From contig CAYOFT010000001.1 in the NCBI GenBank assembly GCA_964403295.1, positions 6,815-70,814 on the forward strand: a stretch of 64,000 nucleotides of DNA, in the 5' to 3' direction. The DNA is from an uncultured Thermotogaceae bacterium. Its GTDB lineage: Bacteria > Thermotogota > Thermotogae > MWEM01. The notes under the pieces are model-generated. The model saw only the letters and a program-made list of their open reading frames with translations. It did not search any database and was not told the DNA's origin. Position 1 is the first letter of the stretch, and every line of letters starts with the position of its first letter. Of the stretch, positions 42,548-52,222 are shown piece after piece. Made by a program: the position numbers and the translations under genes.

Positions 42548-43894
42548 ATGAAAAAATTCATTTGTTTAGGGCTCGATTGTGCAGATCCAAAATTGGTCTT
42601 CGAAGAATTTTCTGATTTTTTACCAAATATTTCCAATTTGATGAAAAATGGGTCTTATGCACCTTTAGAATCAACCATTCCGCCCATTACTGTTCCTGCA
42701 TGGATGAGTATGGTAACTGGAAAGGATCCGGGAGAGTTGGGTCTATATGGTTTTCAGAATAGATTGGATAGAAGTTATTGTAATTTCATCGTACCAAATG
42801 CTTCTATGGTGAAATATGATACGATTTGGCAAACGTTATCAAAGAATGGTTATAGTTCATTGATTATAGGTGTTCCTCTGACTTATCCGCCCAAACCTTT
42901 TAAAGGAAACATCATCACAAGTTTTCTTACCCCATCGGTTAAGAGCAATTATACTTTTCCCAAAAGTTTAAAATACGAATTATCTTCTTGGATTGGGCAA
43001 TATTTTTTTGATGTAGAAAATCTCAGAACCCTAGACAAAAAAAGCGTACTGCGAGATGTCTATGAGATGACAAAAAAGAGATTTGAAATAGCTTTCAGAC
43101 TTCTAAACACCAAGAAATGGGATTTTTTCATGATGGTTGAAATGGGTACTGATCGTATGCATCACGCCTTTTGGGCCCATCATGATCAAACACATTTTAA
43201 ACATAATCCAACCAGTCCGTTTAAAGATTCTATCTTTAAATACTATCGATATGTGGATAAAAAGATAGGAGAATTGTTAACCATTCTTCCAAGAGACGTA
43301 CACATATTAATAGTGAGTGATCACGGTGTTCAAAAGATGAAAGGCGGTATTGCTATCAATGATTGGTTAATTAACAAGGGTTTGTTGAAGTTGAAGCAAC
43401 ATCCGTTAACGCCAACTAGGATAGAATCTTTGATAGCAAATGACATGATTGATTGGCCAAAAACATCCTGTTGGGCCTTAGGGGGTTATTACGGGAAACT
43501 ATTTATTAATGTCAAAGGTAGAGAATCAATGGGTTTGATTCAATCTGATAAATTAAAGTCTTTTAAAAACTACCTTGAGGAAAGTATTCTTGATATTAGA
43601 GAAGAAAACGGTCAAGAAATGGACACAAAAATATATAGACCGGAAACAATTTACAAAGAACTGCAAAATATTCCGCCTGATTTGATGATCTATTTCGGGA
43701 ATTTATCTTGGAGAGCTATCGGAACGGTAGGCAATGATAGTCTGTGGATTCATGAAAATGATACAGGACCTGATGATGCCAATCACTCTCAATATGGCAT
43801 TTCAGTTTCTTCAGGAGAAATTTGTCCTTCAAAGATCACACAAGTTTATGATTTTGTGCTTAATCATTTTACCAACGATAATGTGAAAAACTAA
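42548..43894 (+). CDS. Alkaline-phosphatase superfamily protein (type I phosphodiesterase/nucleotide pyrophosphatase family)
   Basis: N-terminal GLDCADP metal-binding motif. 448 aa. Confidence 0.7.
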   Translation: MKKFICLGLDCADPKLVFEEFSDFLPNISNLMKNGSYAPLESTIPPITVPAWMSMVTGKDPGELGLYGFQNRLDRSYCNFIVPNASMVKYDTIWQTLSKNGYSSLIIGVPLTYPPKPFKGNIITSFLTPSVKSNYTFPKSLKYELSSWIGQYFFDVENLRTLDKKSVLRDVYEMTKKRFEIAFRLLNTKKWDFFMMVEMGTDRMHHAFWAHHDQTHFKHNPTSPFKDSIFKYYRYVDKKIGELLTILPRDVHILIVSDHGVQKMKGGIAINDWLINKGLLKLKQHPLTPTRIESLIANDMIDWPKTSCWALGGYYGKLFINVKGRESMGLIQSDKLKSFKNYLEESILDIREENGQEMDTKIYRPETIYKELQNIPPDLMIYFGNLSWRAIGTVGNDSLWIHENDTGPDDANHSQYGISVSSGEICPSKITQVYDFVLNHFTNDNVKN

Positions 43895-43968
43895 TTGACT
43901 CAGATTTTTTTCTAAAACTTGGATATGTTAAAATCAACTAAATAGCCTTTTCCATGGAGGAGAATAAA

Positions 43969-45192
43969 GTGAAGATTGGTGAATTCGCCAGGAAATTTGA
44001 CGCAAGAATCGATACGATCCGTTATTATATTGACAACGGAATGATCTTACCTGAAAAATTACACAGTCAATACCGTTTCGATGATAAATGCGTGGAGGAT
44101 ATGACGTTAATCAAAGAATTAAAACAAATGCGTTTTAAGATCACGGAAATCAAAAAGATTTTATCTTTTAAACGGTTGACCAATCTTATCGATAAAACAA
44201 ATTTGGAATATTATGCCCAGTTTTTCAATGAAAAGAAAGATGATCTGATAGAAGAGAAAAAGGAAATCGAAAAGGCTATCAAAGCTGTGGATGATAAGAT
44301 AACAGAAATTGAAACCGTTAAGAAGACCTTGAAAACGAAGATCGGTATTCCTTTGCAGTTCTTTAATCTTCTTTACTGCCCAAAATGTCAAAAGAATTTA
44401 AAACTGTATAATGCCATTGTAGATGGGAACTCTATCTATAACGGAGAATTACATTGTGACTGTGGATATCTTGCAATGATTCAAGATGGCATAATTATTG
44501 ATCATAATATAGGGGAATCATATAAAAAGGTTATGGAAGTGAATAAATATTCTCCTGAAGAATATTTGGAGCAGACAGATACACTTTTCATTAGTTTTAC
44601 TCAAAAGTCCTTTCAATGGGTCATTAAGCGTTTGGATTTAGAATCACTAAACAATCAAATGATTATGGAAATTGGCACTGGAAACGGTATGGTCATGACG
44701 AACGTTATCAAAGAGATTGCAAAATCTAATTATTTCATAGCAACAGATAACAGTTTAGAGCAATTAAAGAGAACAAAAACACTCATGGAAAAAAACGGCA
44801 TCGGGCAAAATTCAATATTTATTGCCTCTGATTATAATGAAATCCCCTTGAAATGGGGGAGTGTAGATACTGTACTGGATATCTTCGGTACCACTAATCA
44901 GGTTTTTCATCAAGGGGAATTTTTATTTGACCATATTAAACCTTATTTGAAACAAGCCGGAATCCTTTTTGGAACGTACATTTACCTAAAACCCAGTTCC
45001 TCTCAATTTAAACCGGATTTCAGAAAGTACAGAAAATATTTCATGTTGGAAGCCATCAAAACCTCTCTAAACGATTTTGATATAGAAGATGCTTCAACAT
45101 TTGGATTTACTACTTCCAGAGGCGATTTAATAAATGTTTTAGGTGAAGGTTCAAAGGTACATCAGTGGGCTTGTCAAGCGAAAAAACTTTAG
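43969..45192 (+). CDS. MerR-family HTH regulator fused to Zn-ribbon and class I SAM-dependent methyltransferase domain
   Basis: GTG start (VKIGEFARKF) with GGAGGAG RBS. Coiled coil, CPKC...CDCG Zn ribbon, MEIGTGNG SAM motif. Confidence 0.7.
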   Translation: MKIGEFARKFDARIDTIRYYIDNGMILPEKLHSQYRFDDKCVEDMTLIKELKQMRFKITEIKKILSFKRLTNLIDKTNLEYYAQFFNEKKDDLIEEKKEIEKAIKAVDDKITEIETVKKTLKTKIGIPLQFFNLLYCPKCQKNLKLYNAIVDGNSIYNGELHCDCGYLAMIQDGIIIDHNIGESYKKVMEVNKYSPEEYLEQTDTLFISFTQKSFQWVIKRLDLESLNNQMIMEIGTGNGMVMTNVIKEIAKSNYFIATDNSLEQLKRTKTLMEKNGIGQNSIFIASDYNEIPLKWGSVDTVLDIFGTTNQVFHQGEFLFDHIKPYLKQAGILFGTYIYLKPSSSQFKPDFRKYRKYFMLEAIKTSLNDFDIEDASTFGFTTSRGDLINVLGEGSKVHQWACQAKKL

Positions 45193-45360
45193 ATGATCTT
45201 TCCAAATATCACTACTCTAAATTTTCTGACCATTGCAGCATGATTTGATGGTGATTTCTAATAATCTTCAACCCAACTTTTTATGATTTTTTTAAGTTGC
45301 ACATTTTTAATGGAATGATGGTAAAAGACTAAAAAATAGTTGGGACAAAACTTCAAAATT

Positions 45361-45369
45361 TGATATAAT
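45361..45369 (+). promoter_or_regulatory. Extended -10 element TGATATAAT upstream of GH3 gene
   Basis: TGnTATAAT. Identical 9-mers at 13168, 47873, 50847 and 54007. Confidence 0.4.
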
Positions 45370-45421
45370 TTCAAAAGACAATATGTTATGACAATTTTGA
45401 GTGACTGGAGGAAATAAACTG

Positions 45422-46969
45422 ATGACTTTAAATGAAAAGATCGGTCGTCTTTTTTTAATCGGTATTCAGGGTACCGAATTATTGGATGAAACAAAAGCGT
45501 TGCTTGATAAGATTCAACCGGGATTTATCATTCTCTTCCAAAGAAATATACAATCTAAAGAACAGTTGAGACTTCTGGTAAGTGAAATCAAACAATACGT
45601 TAACCGACCTATCGTGTTTGCAATTGATCAGGAAGGGGGTATTGTTACACGTCTTGAGGAGGGTTTTACAATATCTCCAGGCGCAATGGCGATAAGTGCA
45701 ACCAATAATTCCCAAAATGCTTTTAAGGCCGGAAAAATTTTAGGGGAAGAAATGCGAGCTTTGGGTATAACTTGGAATCTTGCACCTGTAGTAGATATTA
45801 ACGATAATTACCTGAACAGAAGTATGGGTGTAAGAACATTTGGGGATACCTGCAAACAAGTCTGCGAATTTTCAGAAGCTTTTTATAACGGTCTTAAAGA
45901 TTCAGGATGTGCTGCTTCTGCCAAACATTTTCCGGGAAGTGGCAGTATAGAGGTTGACCCTCATGTGGACATGCCAGTTTTAAAAAAAACTTTAGATGAA
46001 CTGATGGCACATGAGTTGATTCCGTTTAAACAATTGATTGATAAAGGAATAGAGTCAGTGATGATTTCTCATGTATACCTGCCAGAGATCATGAAGCAAA
46101 AAAATCCTTCTGTCGTCTCTCATGAAGTGATGCATGACATTTTAATCAAAAGATTAGATTACAAAGGCATATTAATCAGTGATGATTTAACAATGGGTGG
46201 TGTGGCCAATTTTTATAACATTGAAGAGGCTTCGTATCTGGCCCTTATGGCGGGTATGGATGTGATTGATATTTGTCATGATGGTGATAAAATGATCAGG
46301 GCTCACAACTACCTGATCGAGAAGGCTTCTACAGATCCGGAAGTTATGGGAGCTGTAAACAGATCATTTGAAAAAGTAGACCGGTTCATTAAACGTTTTT
46401 CAGTGCCCATCACTGATATTGATCCCATTAACGTGGGTTCCAATGAAAATATCATACAAATGCAACAAATAGCCGATCAAATCATTACGGTTTATAAAAA
46501 TGATGATCAATTGATCCCTTTAACCAATCTTGGTAAAGGTGATCTAATCTGTTCAGTGAGGCCGTTACGACAATCACTGGTTGAAGATGAAAGATCCGGA
46601 ACGTTTGTATCTGCATTTTTAAGAGATCGATTTCCTGAAGCGGATTATATTCAATTTGATGCCAAAATCACAGAAGAGACTGTTGATGAAATTATCAAAG
46701 ATACAACAGGTGGAACAGCTGTGGTAATGACTGAAAACGCTTATTTATACCCTGGACAGAAAAAATTGGTTAGAAGGTTGAATGATCGTTACCAGCGGGT
46801 ACTCCTGATCGCACTCAGGAATCCTTACGACGGGGGAATTGCAGGTATTAAAAATTCAGTTTTTTCATACGGGTATAGTTTACCCAATCAAAAGGCGTTA
46901 ATCAAGGTACTAAAGGGAGAGATAAAGGCTCAAGGGAATTGTCCTGTTCAAATGCCGATGATTGATTGA
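45422..46969 (+). CDS. GH3-family beta-N-acetylhexosaminidase (NagZ-like)
   Basis: GH3 N-terminal domain. GGAGG RBS 10 nt before ATG at 45422. Confidence 0.8.
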   Translation: MTLNEKIGRLFLIGIQGTELLDETKALLDKIQPGFIILFQRNIQSKEQLRLLVSEIKQYVNRPIVFAIDQEGGIVTRLEEGFTISPGAMAISATNNSQNAFKAGKILGEEMRALGITWNLAPVVDINDNYLNRSMGVRTFGDTCKQVCEFSEAFYNGLKDSGCAASAKHFPGSGSIEVDPHVDMPVLKKTLDELMAHELIPFKQLIDKGIESVMISHVYLPEIMKQKNPSVVSHEVMHDILIKRLDYKGILISDDLTMGGVANFYNIEEASYLALMAGMDVIDICHDGDKMIRAHNYLIEKASTDPEVMGAVNRSFEKVDRFIKRFSVPITDIDPINVGSNENIIQMQQIADQIITVYKNDDQLIPLTNLGKGDLICSVRPLRQSLVEDERSGTFVSAFLRDRFPEADYIQFDAKITEETVDEIIKDTTGGTAVVMTENAYLYPGQKKLVRRLNDRYQRVLLIALRNPYDGGIAGIKNSVFSYGYSLPNQKALIKVLKGEIKAQGNCPVQMPMID

Positions 46970-46970
46970 A

Positions 46971-47654
46971 TTATAAAATGAAGCGAATTTCAACTGCTTT
47001 GCCTAGAAAAAGGCATTCTCTTTCCCAATCGTCCGGTTTGAAAAAGACAGGTTCGTACGCACTGTTTTCACTTAAAAGCCAGATTCCTTTTTTTGTAAGG
47101 TACAGTCTTTTTAACAGAGCTTGATCGTTATTGACAATGACAAGTGCGATATCTAAATTTCTAAATTGTTCAATGGGAATCCGCTTAATTAAAGCAATGG
47201 AGCCATTTCTAATCAATGGCTCCATACTGTCTCCGTGTACTCTAACTGCAAAATCTGCATCTGCACCGTATATATACTCCTCGGCCTTTTCTTGGGCCAG
47301 AATATTCGCTCCGGCACCTGTTAAGCCAAGCAATGGGATCTGATCCTGCAAATACTCAAATGCATTTTCCGCATCTATACCCTTTTGTCGTAGGTAGGAT
47401 AGAATTTGAAATAACTCTTCATCTTCCTTATCTTTGGTTTTGACAAAATCTAATTCTTCACTAGCTCTTAAAAGATATTCGAGAGAGATTTCAAAAAGAT
47501 TTGATAATTTGATTAAAATCTTTTTGGAAGGTTTTCTGATCCCTCTTTCATAAGCAGAAACCGTTGACATGTTTAATCCCAAGATCTTTGCCAGTTCATT
47601 TTGATTTAACCCTCTTTTTTCTCTCAATTCTTTTAAGAGATTTTGTATAGCCAC
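46971..47654 (-). CDS. XRE-family HTH repressor with C-terminal S24 (LexA/CI-like) self-cleaving peptidase domain
   Basis: HTH GLNQNELAKILGLNMSTVSAYERG. S24 motifs VHGDSMEP and K in ALIKR. Confidence 0.75.
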   Translation of the reverse strand: MAIQNLLKELREKRGLNQNELAKILGLNMSTVSAYERGIRKPSKKILIKLSNLFEISLEYLLRASEELDFVKTKDKEDEELFQILSYLRQKGIDAENAFEYLQDQIPLLGLTGAGANILAQEKAEEYIYGADADFAVRVHGDSMEPLIRNGSIALIKRIPIEQFRNLDIALVIVNNDQALLKRLYLTKKGIWLLSENSAYEPVFFKPDDWERECLFLGKAVEIRFIL

Positions 47655-47712
47655 TTTTAGGACCTCTCTCTTATTGTTTTTTTACCGATCCAATTATAAC
47701 ATAAAACCGCTA

Positions 47713-47771
47713 TCGTACAAAATGTCTGATTCATATTGAGAAAATAGAAAAACGCTTGACAAATTGTACGA
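47713..47771. promoter_or_regulatory. Pair of inverted 8-bp motifs TCGTACAA (47713-47720) / TTGTACGA (47764-47771) in divergent promoter region
   Basis: One copy overlaps the putative -35 of the repressor gene's own promoter on the minus strand (TTGTAC-16-TATAAT). The other lies in the spacer of the plus-strand consensus promoter. Confidence 0.3.
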
Positions 47772-47784
47772 ATTGGTATATAAT
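47756..47784 (+). promoter_or_regulatory. Perfect-consensus sigma-70 promoter TTGACA-17-TATAAT
   Basis: TTGACA 47756-47761, 17-nt spacer, TATAAT 47779-47784. Confidence 0.6.
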
Positions 47785-47790
47785 CGCTTT

Positions 47791-47848
47791 GAAAGACAAA
47801 AGACAATAACCCCAATAACTTCCCAACCCCCTCCCCGGGGGTTTTTTT
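47791..47848 (+). ncRNA. Candidate ~57-nt C-rich small RNA or leader ending at an intrinsic terminator
   Basis: Predicted transcript GAAAGACAAAAGACAAUAACCCCAAUAACUUCCCAACCCCCUCCCCGGGGGUUUUUUU. Terminator is a ccccc/ggggg stem with 5-nt loop and 7 U. No ORF. Confidence 0.35.
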
Positions 47849-47872
47849 GTTACATAAGTAGTGGTTATGTCT

Positions 47873-47881
47873 GATATAATA
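47873..47881 (+). promoter_or_regulatory. Extended -10 element TGATATAAT upstream of hybrid kinase gene
   Basis: Lies downstream of the terminator, so the kinase probably has its own promoter. Confidence 0.35.
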
Positions 47882-48002
47882 AGGAAGCGGAATTTTAAAA
47901 TTGAAGATAGTAAAAATTGTTTTTCTGTTCTTTTTTCCATATGGTTGATATTGGAATGGATGTTGTTAAAGTCAATTGAGAAAAACCATTTTGAGGTGAT
48001 TT

Positions 48003-50840
48003 ATGAGTTTAACAGAAGATATTCGAAAAAGAATAATTAACGATAAAACATTATTGTATTTCATGGATCATTTATATAAAGTTGCTTTTTGCAGGGATTT
48101 TTCCGGAACGATTGTTTATTGGAATAAAGGGGCCGAACAGCTCTACGGTTATCTGAGCGATGAAATTTTAGGTAAATCGATTTCAAAGATAAAACCAGAG
48201 AATTATCCAGTTGAAATGCCTTTTGTTGATGAGAGAATCAAACGTGGGGAACAGATAAAAGACATGGAGACTATGAGAATTGATAAGCATGGGAATATGA
48301 TAAATGTATTGAGTACAATTATACCACTTGAGGAAAAGGGAGATTTTATTGCCGCTATTCATTTGGAAAAAAATATTACCATTAAGAAAAGTGAGTCACA
48401 TGAAAAACGTTTTAGGAAAATCCTGGAAAGTTTTCCGGATAACATATTTGAATTGGATCGGGATTTTAATATTCTTTGGGCAAACAAAGCGGCTTTAGAA
48501 CTGGAACCTCTGGCAATAGGGCAGAAATGCTATCAGGCTTATGCAGGTTTAAAAAAACCTTGTGATGGCTGTGCAATTGTAAATGCTGTAGAAAAAGGCG
48601 GAACACAACAAAGTGTAACCCATCATCATGCATTCCAAAGCGAAGAAAGGTACTGGGAAAATTTGGCTATTCCGGTGAAAGACAGTTACGGTAATATTAC
48701 TTCCATAATTGAGGTTTCCAGAGATATTACCACAAGGAAATTAGCAGAAAGAGAGCTTTTAAGAACAAAAGAAAGACTTGAATTATCTATGAAAGCGGGA
48801 AATGTAGCATGGTGGATATGGGATTATCCAAGTGGCCTGGTTGAATACGATAAACGGAAGGCGGAAATGGCCGGATACACCTATGAAGAATTTCCTAAAA
48901 ATGTCTATAAGATAACTGAATTGATACATCCAGACGATTACGATAAAACGATGCAGGTGATGACCGATCATCTAAAAGGAAAAATACCTGAATACAGGAT
49001 TGATTATCGATTAAAAACCAAACAAAACGATTATGTTTGGTTCCACGACAGGGGAAAAGTAATAGAGCGAAAAGAAGATGGAACACCACTGAAGCTTTCA
49101 GGCGCAGTGATTGATATTACCAAAAGAAAAGAAGTGGAAGAAAAGTTGAGAACGACTCTGGAAAAACAGAAAAAGATTGATGAATCCTTGAAAATAGCAA
49201 AAGAACAGGCAGAGGAAGCTAACAAAGCAAAAAGTGATTTTCTTGCCAATATGAGTCATGAAATACGAACACCTCTGAACGGTATTGTTGGATTCACTGA
49301 ACTGCTTCAGAAAACAAATTTGACAAAATCACAAAAGCGCTATATGGATCATGTCCACAATTCAGCTACTGCCTTACTGGATATCATTAACGATATTCTT
49401 GATTTCTCGAAAATTGAAGCGGGTAAACTGGAAATCAATTTTGAAAAGACTGATCTTAATGAACTCATATCCAATTCATTGGATGTGATTAAATTTAAGG
49501 TCCGCGATAAAAATATCAAATTAAAACAAAAAATTGACAAAAAAATCCCACCCTTCATTCTAACTGACCCCATTCGTTTAAGGCAAATTTTAACCAACTT
49601 GTTAAGCAATGCTTCAAAATTTACTGAAAGCGGGGAAATTTTCATTTCAGTAGAGTGTTTAGATTGCGCTTTAGCAGAATCAAAGGCACATCTGAGGTTT
49701 TCAGTGAGAGATACTGGTATTGGAATTTCTGCGGAAAATCAAAAAAGAGTGTTTCTATCTTTTTCTCAGGCGGATTATTCCACTACAAAAAAGTATGGTG
49801 GAACTGGGTTGGGATTAACGATTACCAATAATCTGTTAAATCTTATGGGAAGCCAATTGCATCTTGAAAGTGAATTAAACACAGGCAGTGTTTTTTCATT
49901 TGAACTAAAAGTCAACACAGCGGAAACTGATGATAAAAAAGCAGATGAGATGGTCGAGAAAAAGCATGAACCGATACATAAACAAGATGAACTTTTACAA
50001 ACTTTACAATTAGACGCTTTTCAAACCCACCCTGTCAGAATCATGATAGCAGAAGATAATGAAGTAAATATGGAATTGACTGAAATTATCATTAAAGATG
50101 TTTTTAAAACGATTAACACGAAAGCTGACTTTGAAGAGAGTGTTTACATCATCAAAGCAGAAAATGGAGAAAAAGCAATTGAACAATATGTAAGTGAAAC
50201 ACCGGAGATAGTATTTTTGGATATTCAAATGCCTCTAAAAAATGGCTATCAGGTCGCTCAAGAGATACGAAAGAAACAGGATAAGATCATAAAACCGTAT
50301 ATCATTGCTTTAACAGCTGCGGCTGTTAAAGGAGAGAGGGAAAAATGCCTACACGCCGGTATGGATGAATACCTTACTAAACCGGTTGTTTATGGGACCG
50401 TCAAAGGTGTTTTATGTGATTATCTTGACGATTTGCATCAGGTTGAAACGAAAAATGCAGAATATGAAGGATTACAAAGGCAAAATGAAGCAGAATCAGA
50501 GAGTGAGAAAAAACAGTTGATGCATTTCAATTCAGAGGTATTGAAAGCCGTGTTTAAAGAGGATTTAAATATGTTCCACCATATTTTGGCTATCGGGAAA
50601 AAATCATTGGTGGAAGAAAGAGCGAAACTAATAAAATACTTTGGTGAAAAGGATATGACAGAGGTAAAAAAATCAGCGCATAAGATAAAAGGAATGGCCT
50701 TAAATTTAAGATTTGAACTATTACACCAACAAGCGGAGCAACTTGAAAATGCAGCTGAAGGAAATGCTTCTGCAGAATCCATTCAAATCCTTTATCAAAA
50801 TCTTATAGAAGAAACAAAGCAATTAGAAGTAATGATTTGA
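48003..50840 (+). CDS. Cytoplasmic multi-PAS hybrid sensor histidine kinase (PAS x3, HisKA, HATPase, REC, HPt)
   Basis: H-box ANMSHEIRTPLNGI. Receiver IMIAEDNEVN...LDIQMP...KP. HPt SAHKIKGMALNL. No TM segment. Confidence 0.9.
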   Translation: MSLTEDIRKRIINDKTLLYFMDHLYKVAFCRDFSGTIVYWNKGAEQLYGYLSDEILGKSISKIKPENYPVEMPFVDERIKRGEQIKDMETMRIDKHGNMINVLSTIIPLEEKGDFIAAIHLEKNITIKKSESHEKRFRKILESFPDNIFELDRDFNILWANKAALELEPLAIGQKCYQAYAGLKKPCDGCAIVNAVEKGGTQQSVTHHHAFQSEERYWENLAIPVKDSYGNITSIIEVSRDITTRKLAERELLRTKERLELSMKAGNVAWWIWDYPSGLVEYDKRKAEMAGYTYEEFPKNVYKITELIHPDDYDKTMQVMTDHLKGKIPEYRIDYRLKTKQNDYVWFHDRGKVIERKEDGTPLKLSGAVIDITKRKEVEEKLRTTLEKQKKIDESLKIAKEQAEEANKAKSDFLANMSHEIRTPLNGIVGFTELLQKTNLTKSQKRYMDHVHNSATALLDIINDILDFSKIEAGKLEINFEKTDLNELISNSLDVIKFKVRDKNIKLKQKIDKKIPPFILTDPIRLRQILTNLLSNASKFTESGEIFISVECLDCALAESKAHLRFSVRDTGIGISAENQKRVFLSFSQADYSTTKKYGGTGLGLTITNNLLNLMGSQLHLESELNTGSVFSFELKVNTAETDDKKADEMVEKKHEPIHKQDELLQTLQLDAFQTHPVRIMIAEDNEVNMELTEIIIKDVFKTINTKADFEESVYIIKAENGEKAIEQYVSETPEIVFLDIQMPLKNGYQVAQEIRKKQDKIIKPYIIALTAAAVKGEREKCLHAGMDEYLTKPVVYGTVKGVLCDYLDDLHQVETKNAEYEGLQRQNEAESESEKKQLMHFNSEVLKAVFKEDLNMFHHILAIGKKSLVEERAKLIKYFGEKDMTEVKKSAHKIKGMALNLRFELLHQQAEQLENAAEGNASAESIQILYQNLIEETKQLEVMI

Positions 50841-50846
50841 AGGATT

Positions 50847-50855
50847 TGATATAAT
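50847..50855 (+). promoter_or_regulatory. Extended -10 element TGATATAAT upstream of pfp
   Basis: 61 nt upstream of the ATG at 50916. Confidence 0.35.
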
Positions 50856-50915
50856 GCTGATGAAAATATTGATTAAAACACATCATCTATACAATTTTTG
50901 ATAGGAAGTGATGAC

Positions 50916-52145
50916 ATGGCAAAAAATCTTGTATACGCACAATCCGGTGGGGTTACACCAGTTATTAATGCATCTGCTTATGGTGTTATATCAGCGGCAC
51001 TCAATTCAAACTCTGTTTATAAAGTCTATGCAGCAAAAAACGGCATACAAGGGGTACTGGATGAAGAACTTTTTGTTTTAAATGATGAAAGAAAAGAAGA
51101 AATAGAAAAAATGGCCTATACCCCTGGAGGTGTATTTGGTTCATGCAGAGTCAAGATAGAGATGGAAGGACAACTGGAACGCATCTTTTCTGTTTTTAAA
51201 GCACATCATATTGGTTATTTTTTATACAATGGTGGAAATGATTCTATGGAAACTGCATTTGCAGTTTCAGAGTATGCAAAACGCATAGGATATGATTTGA
51301 AAGTGTTTGGTATTCCCAAAACTGTAGACAATGATCTGATGTATACCGACCATTGTCCTGGTTATGGATCTGCTGCGAAATTTACAGCAACAGCTATTTT
51401 GGAAGCGACGAGAGATTTGAAATCGATGAGTACTTCCTCCACAAAAGTGTTCTTAATGGAATCAATGGGAAGACATGCTGGATGGCTTGCGGCATCTTCA
51501 GCTCTTGCTCACGAGGTAGAAGAAGCGGCTGCTTCTATTATACTGATGCCGGAAGTAGCATTTTCAAAAGAACGATTTCTCAGCAGAATAGATGAAGAGA
51601 TTATTAAACGTGGTTTTTGTTCCATAGTTGCATCTGAGGCTTTAAAGGATGAAAAAGGTCATTTTATTTCCGATGCCGGGTACACCGATTCTTTTGGTAA
51701 TGTGCAATTGGGAAAGATTAGTAATGTTTTGGAGAGTATGATCAAAGAGGATTTGAAGCTAAAGATACATACCGCATTACCCGATTATCTACAAAGATCA
51801 TCCAGGCATATTGCCAGTTTAACCGATTGGCAGGATGCCATAGAGGTAGGTGCAAGAGCTGTACTGTGGATGACCAAAGAAGCGATGACGGGAAAGATGG
51901 TCAGCATTGTCAGAGATATGGATCAGCCGTATATCAGACATTTTGAAATGGTAGACCTTTCAAAGGTAGCTGGAGAAACTAAGACATTGCCTAGAGATTA
52001 CATCGATGAATCAGGTTTTAATATCACTGAGAAATTCAGAAATTATGCAAGACCATTGATCGTTGGAGAAACACCGAATCAATATATGTATGGGGTTCCT
52101 ATGTATTCCAAGCTTAAGTATCAGCTTGAAAAGAAGGTGCTTTGA
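50916..52145 (+). CDS. pfp: Pyrophosphate-dependent 6-phosphofructokinase (PPi-PFK)
   Basis: GGNDS (Asp where ATP-PFK has Gly) and GIPKTVDNDL (Lys where ATP-PFK has Gly). 409 aa. AGGAAG RBS. Confidence 0.8.
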   Translation: MAKNLVYAQSGGVTPVINASAYGVISAALNSNSVYKVYAAKNGIQGVLDEELFVLNDERKEEIEKMAYTPGGVFGSCRVKIEMEGQLERIFSVFKAHHIGYFLYNGGNDSMETAFAVSEYAKRIGYDLKVFGIPKTVDNDLMYTDHCPGYGSAAKFTATAILEATRDLKSMSTSSTKVFLMESMGRHAGWLAASSALAHEVEEAAASIILMPEVAFSKERFLSRIDEEIIKRGFCSIVASEALKDEKGHFISDAGYTDSFGNVQLGKISNVLESMIKEDLKLKIHTALPDYLQRSSRHIASLTDWQDAIEVGARAVLWMTKEAMTGKMVSIVRDMDQPYIRHFEMVDLSKVAGETKTLPRDYIDESGFNITEKFRNYARPLIVGETPNQYMYGVPMYSKLKYQLEKKVL

Positions 52146-52222
52146 TCTGATTTTTAAAGAAAAGAACTGATAAATTCGTCGTGTTTAAATGTGTTTAGAA
52201 TATTAAATTGAGGAGGACGTTT

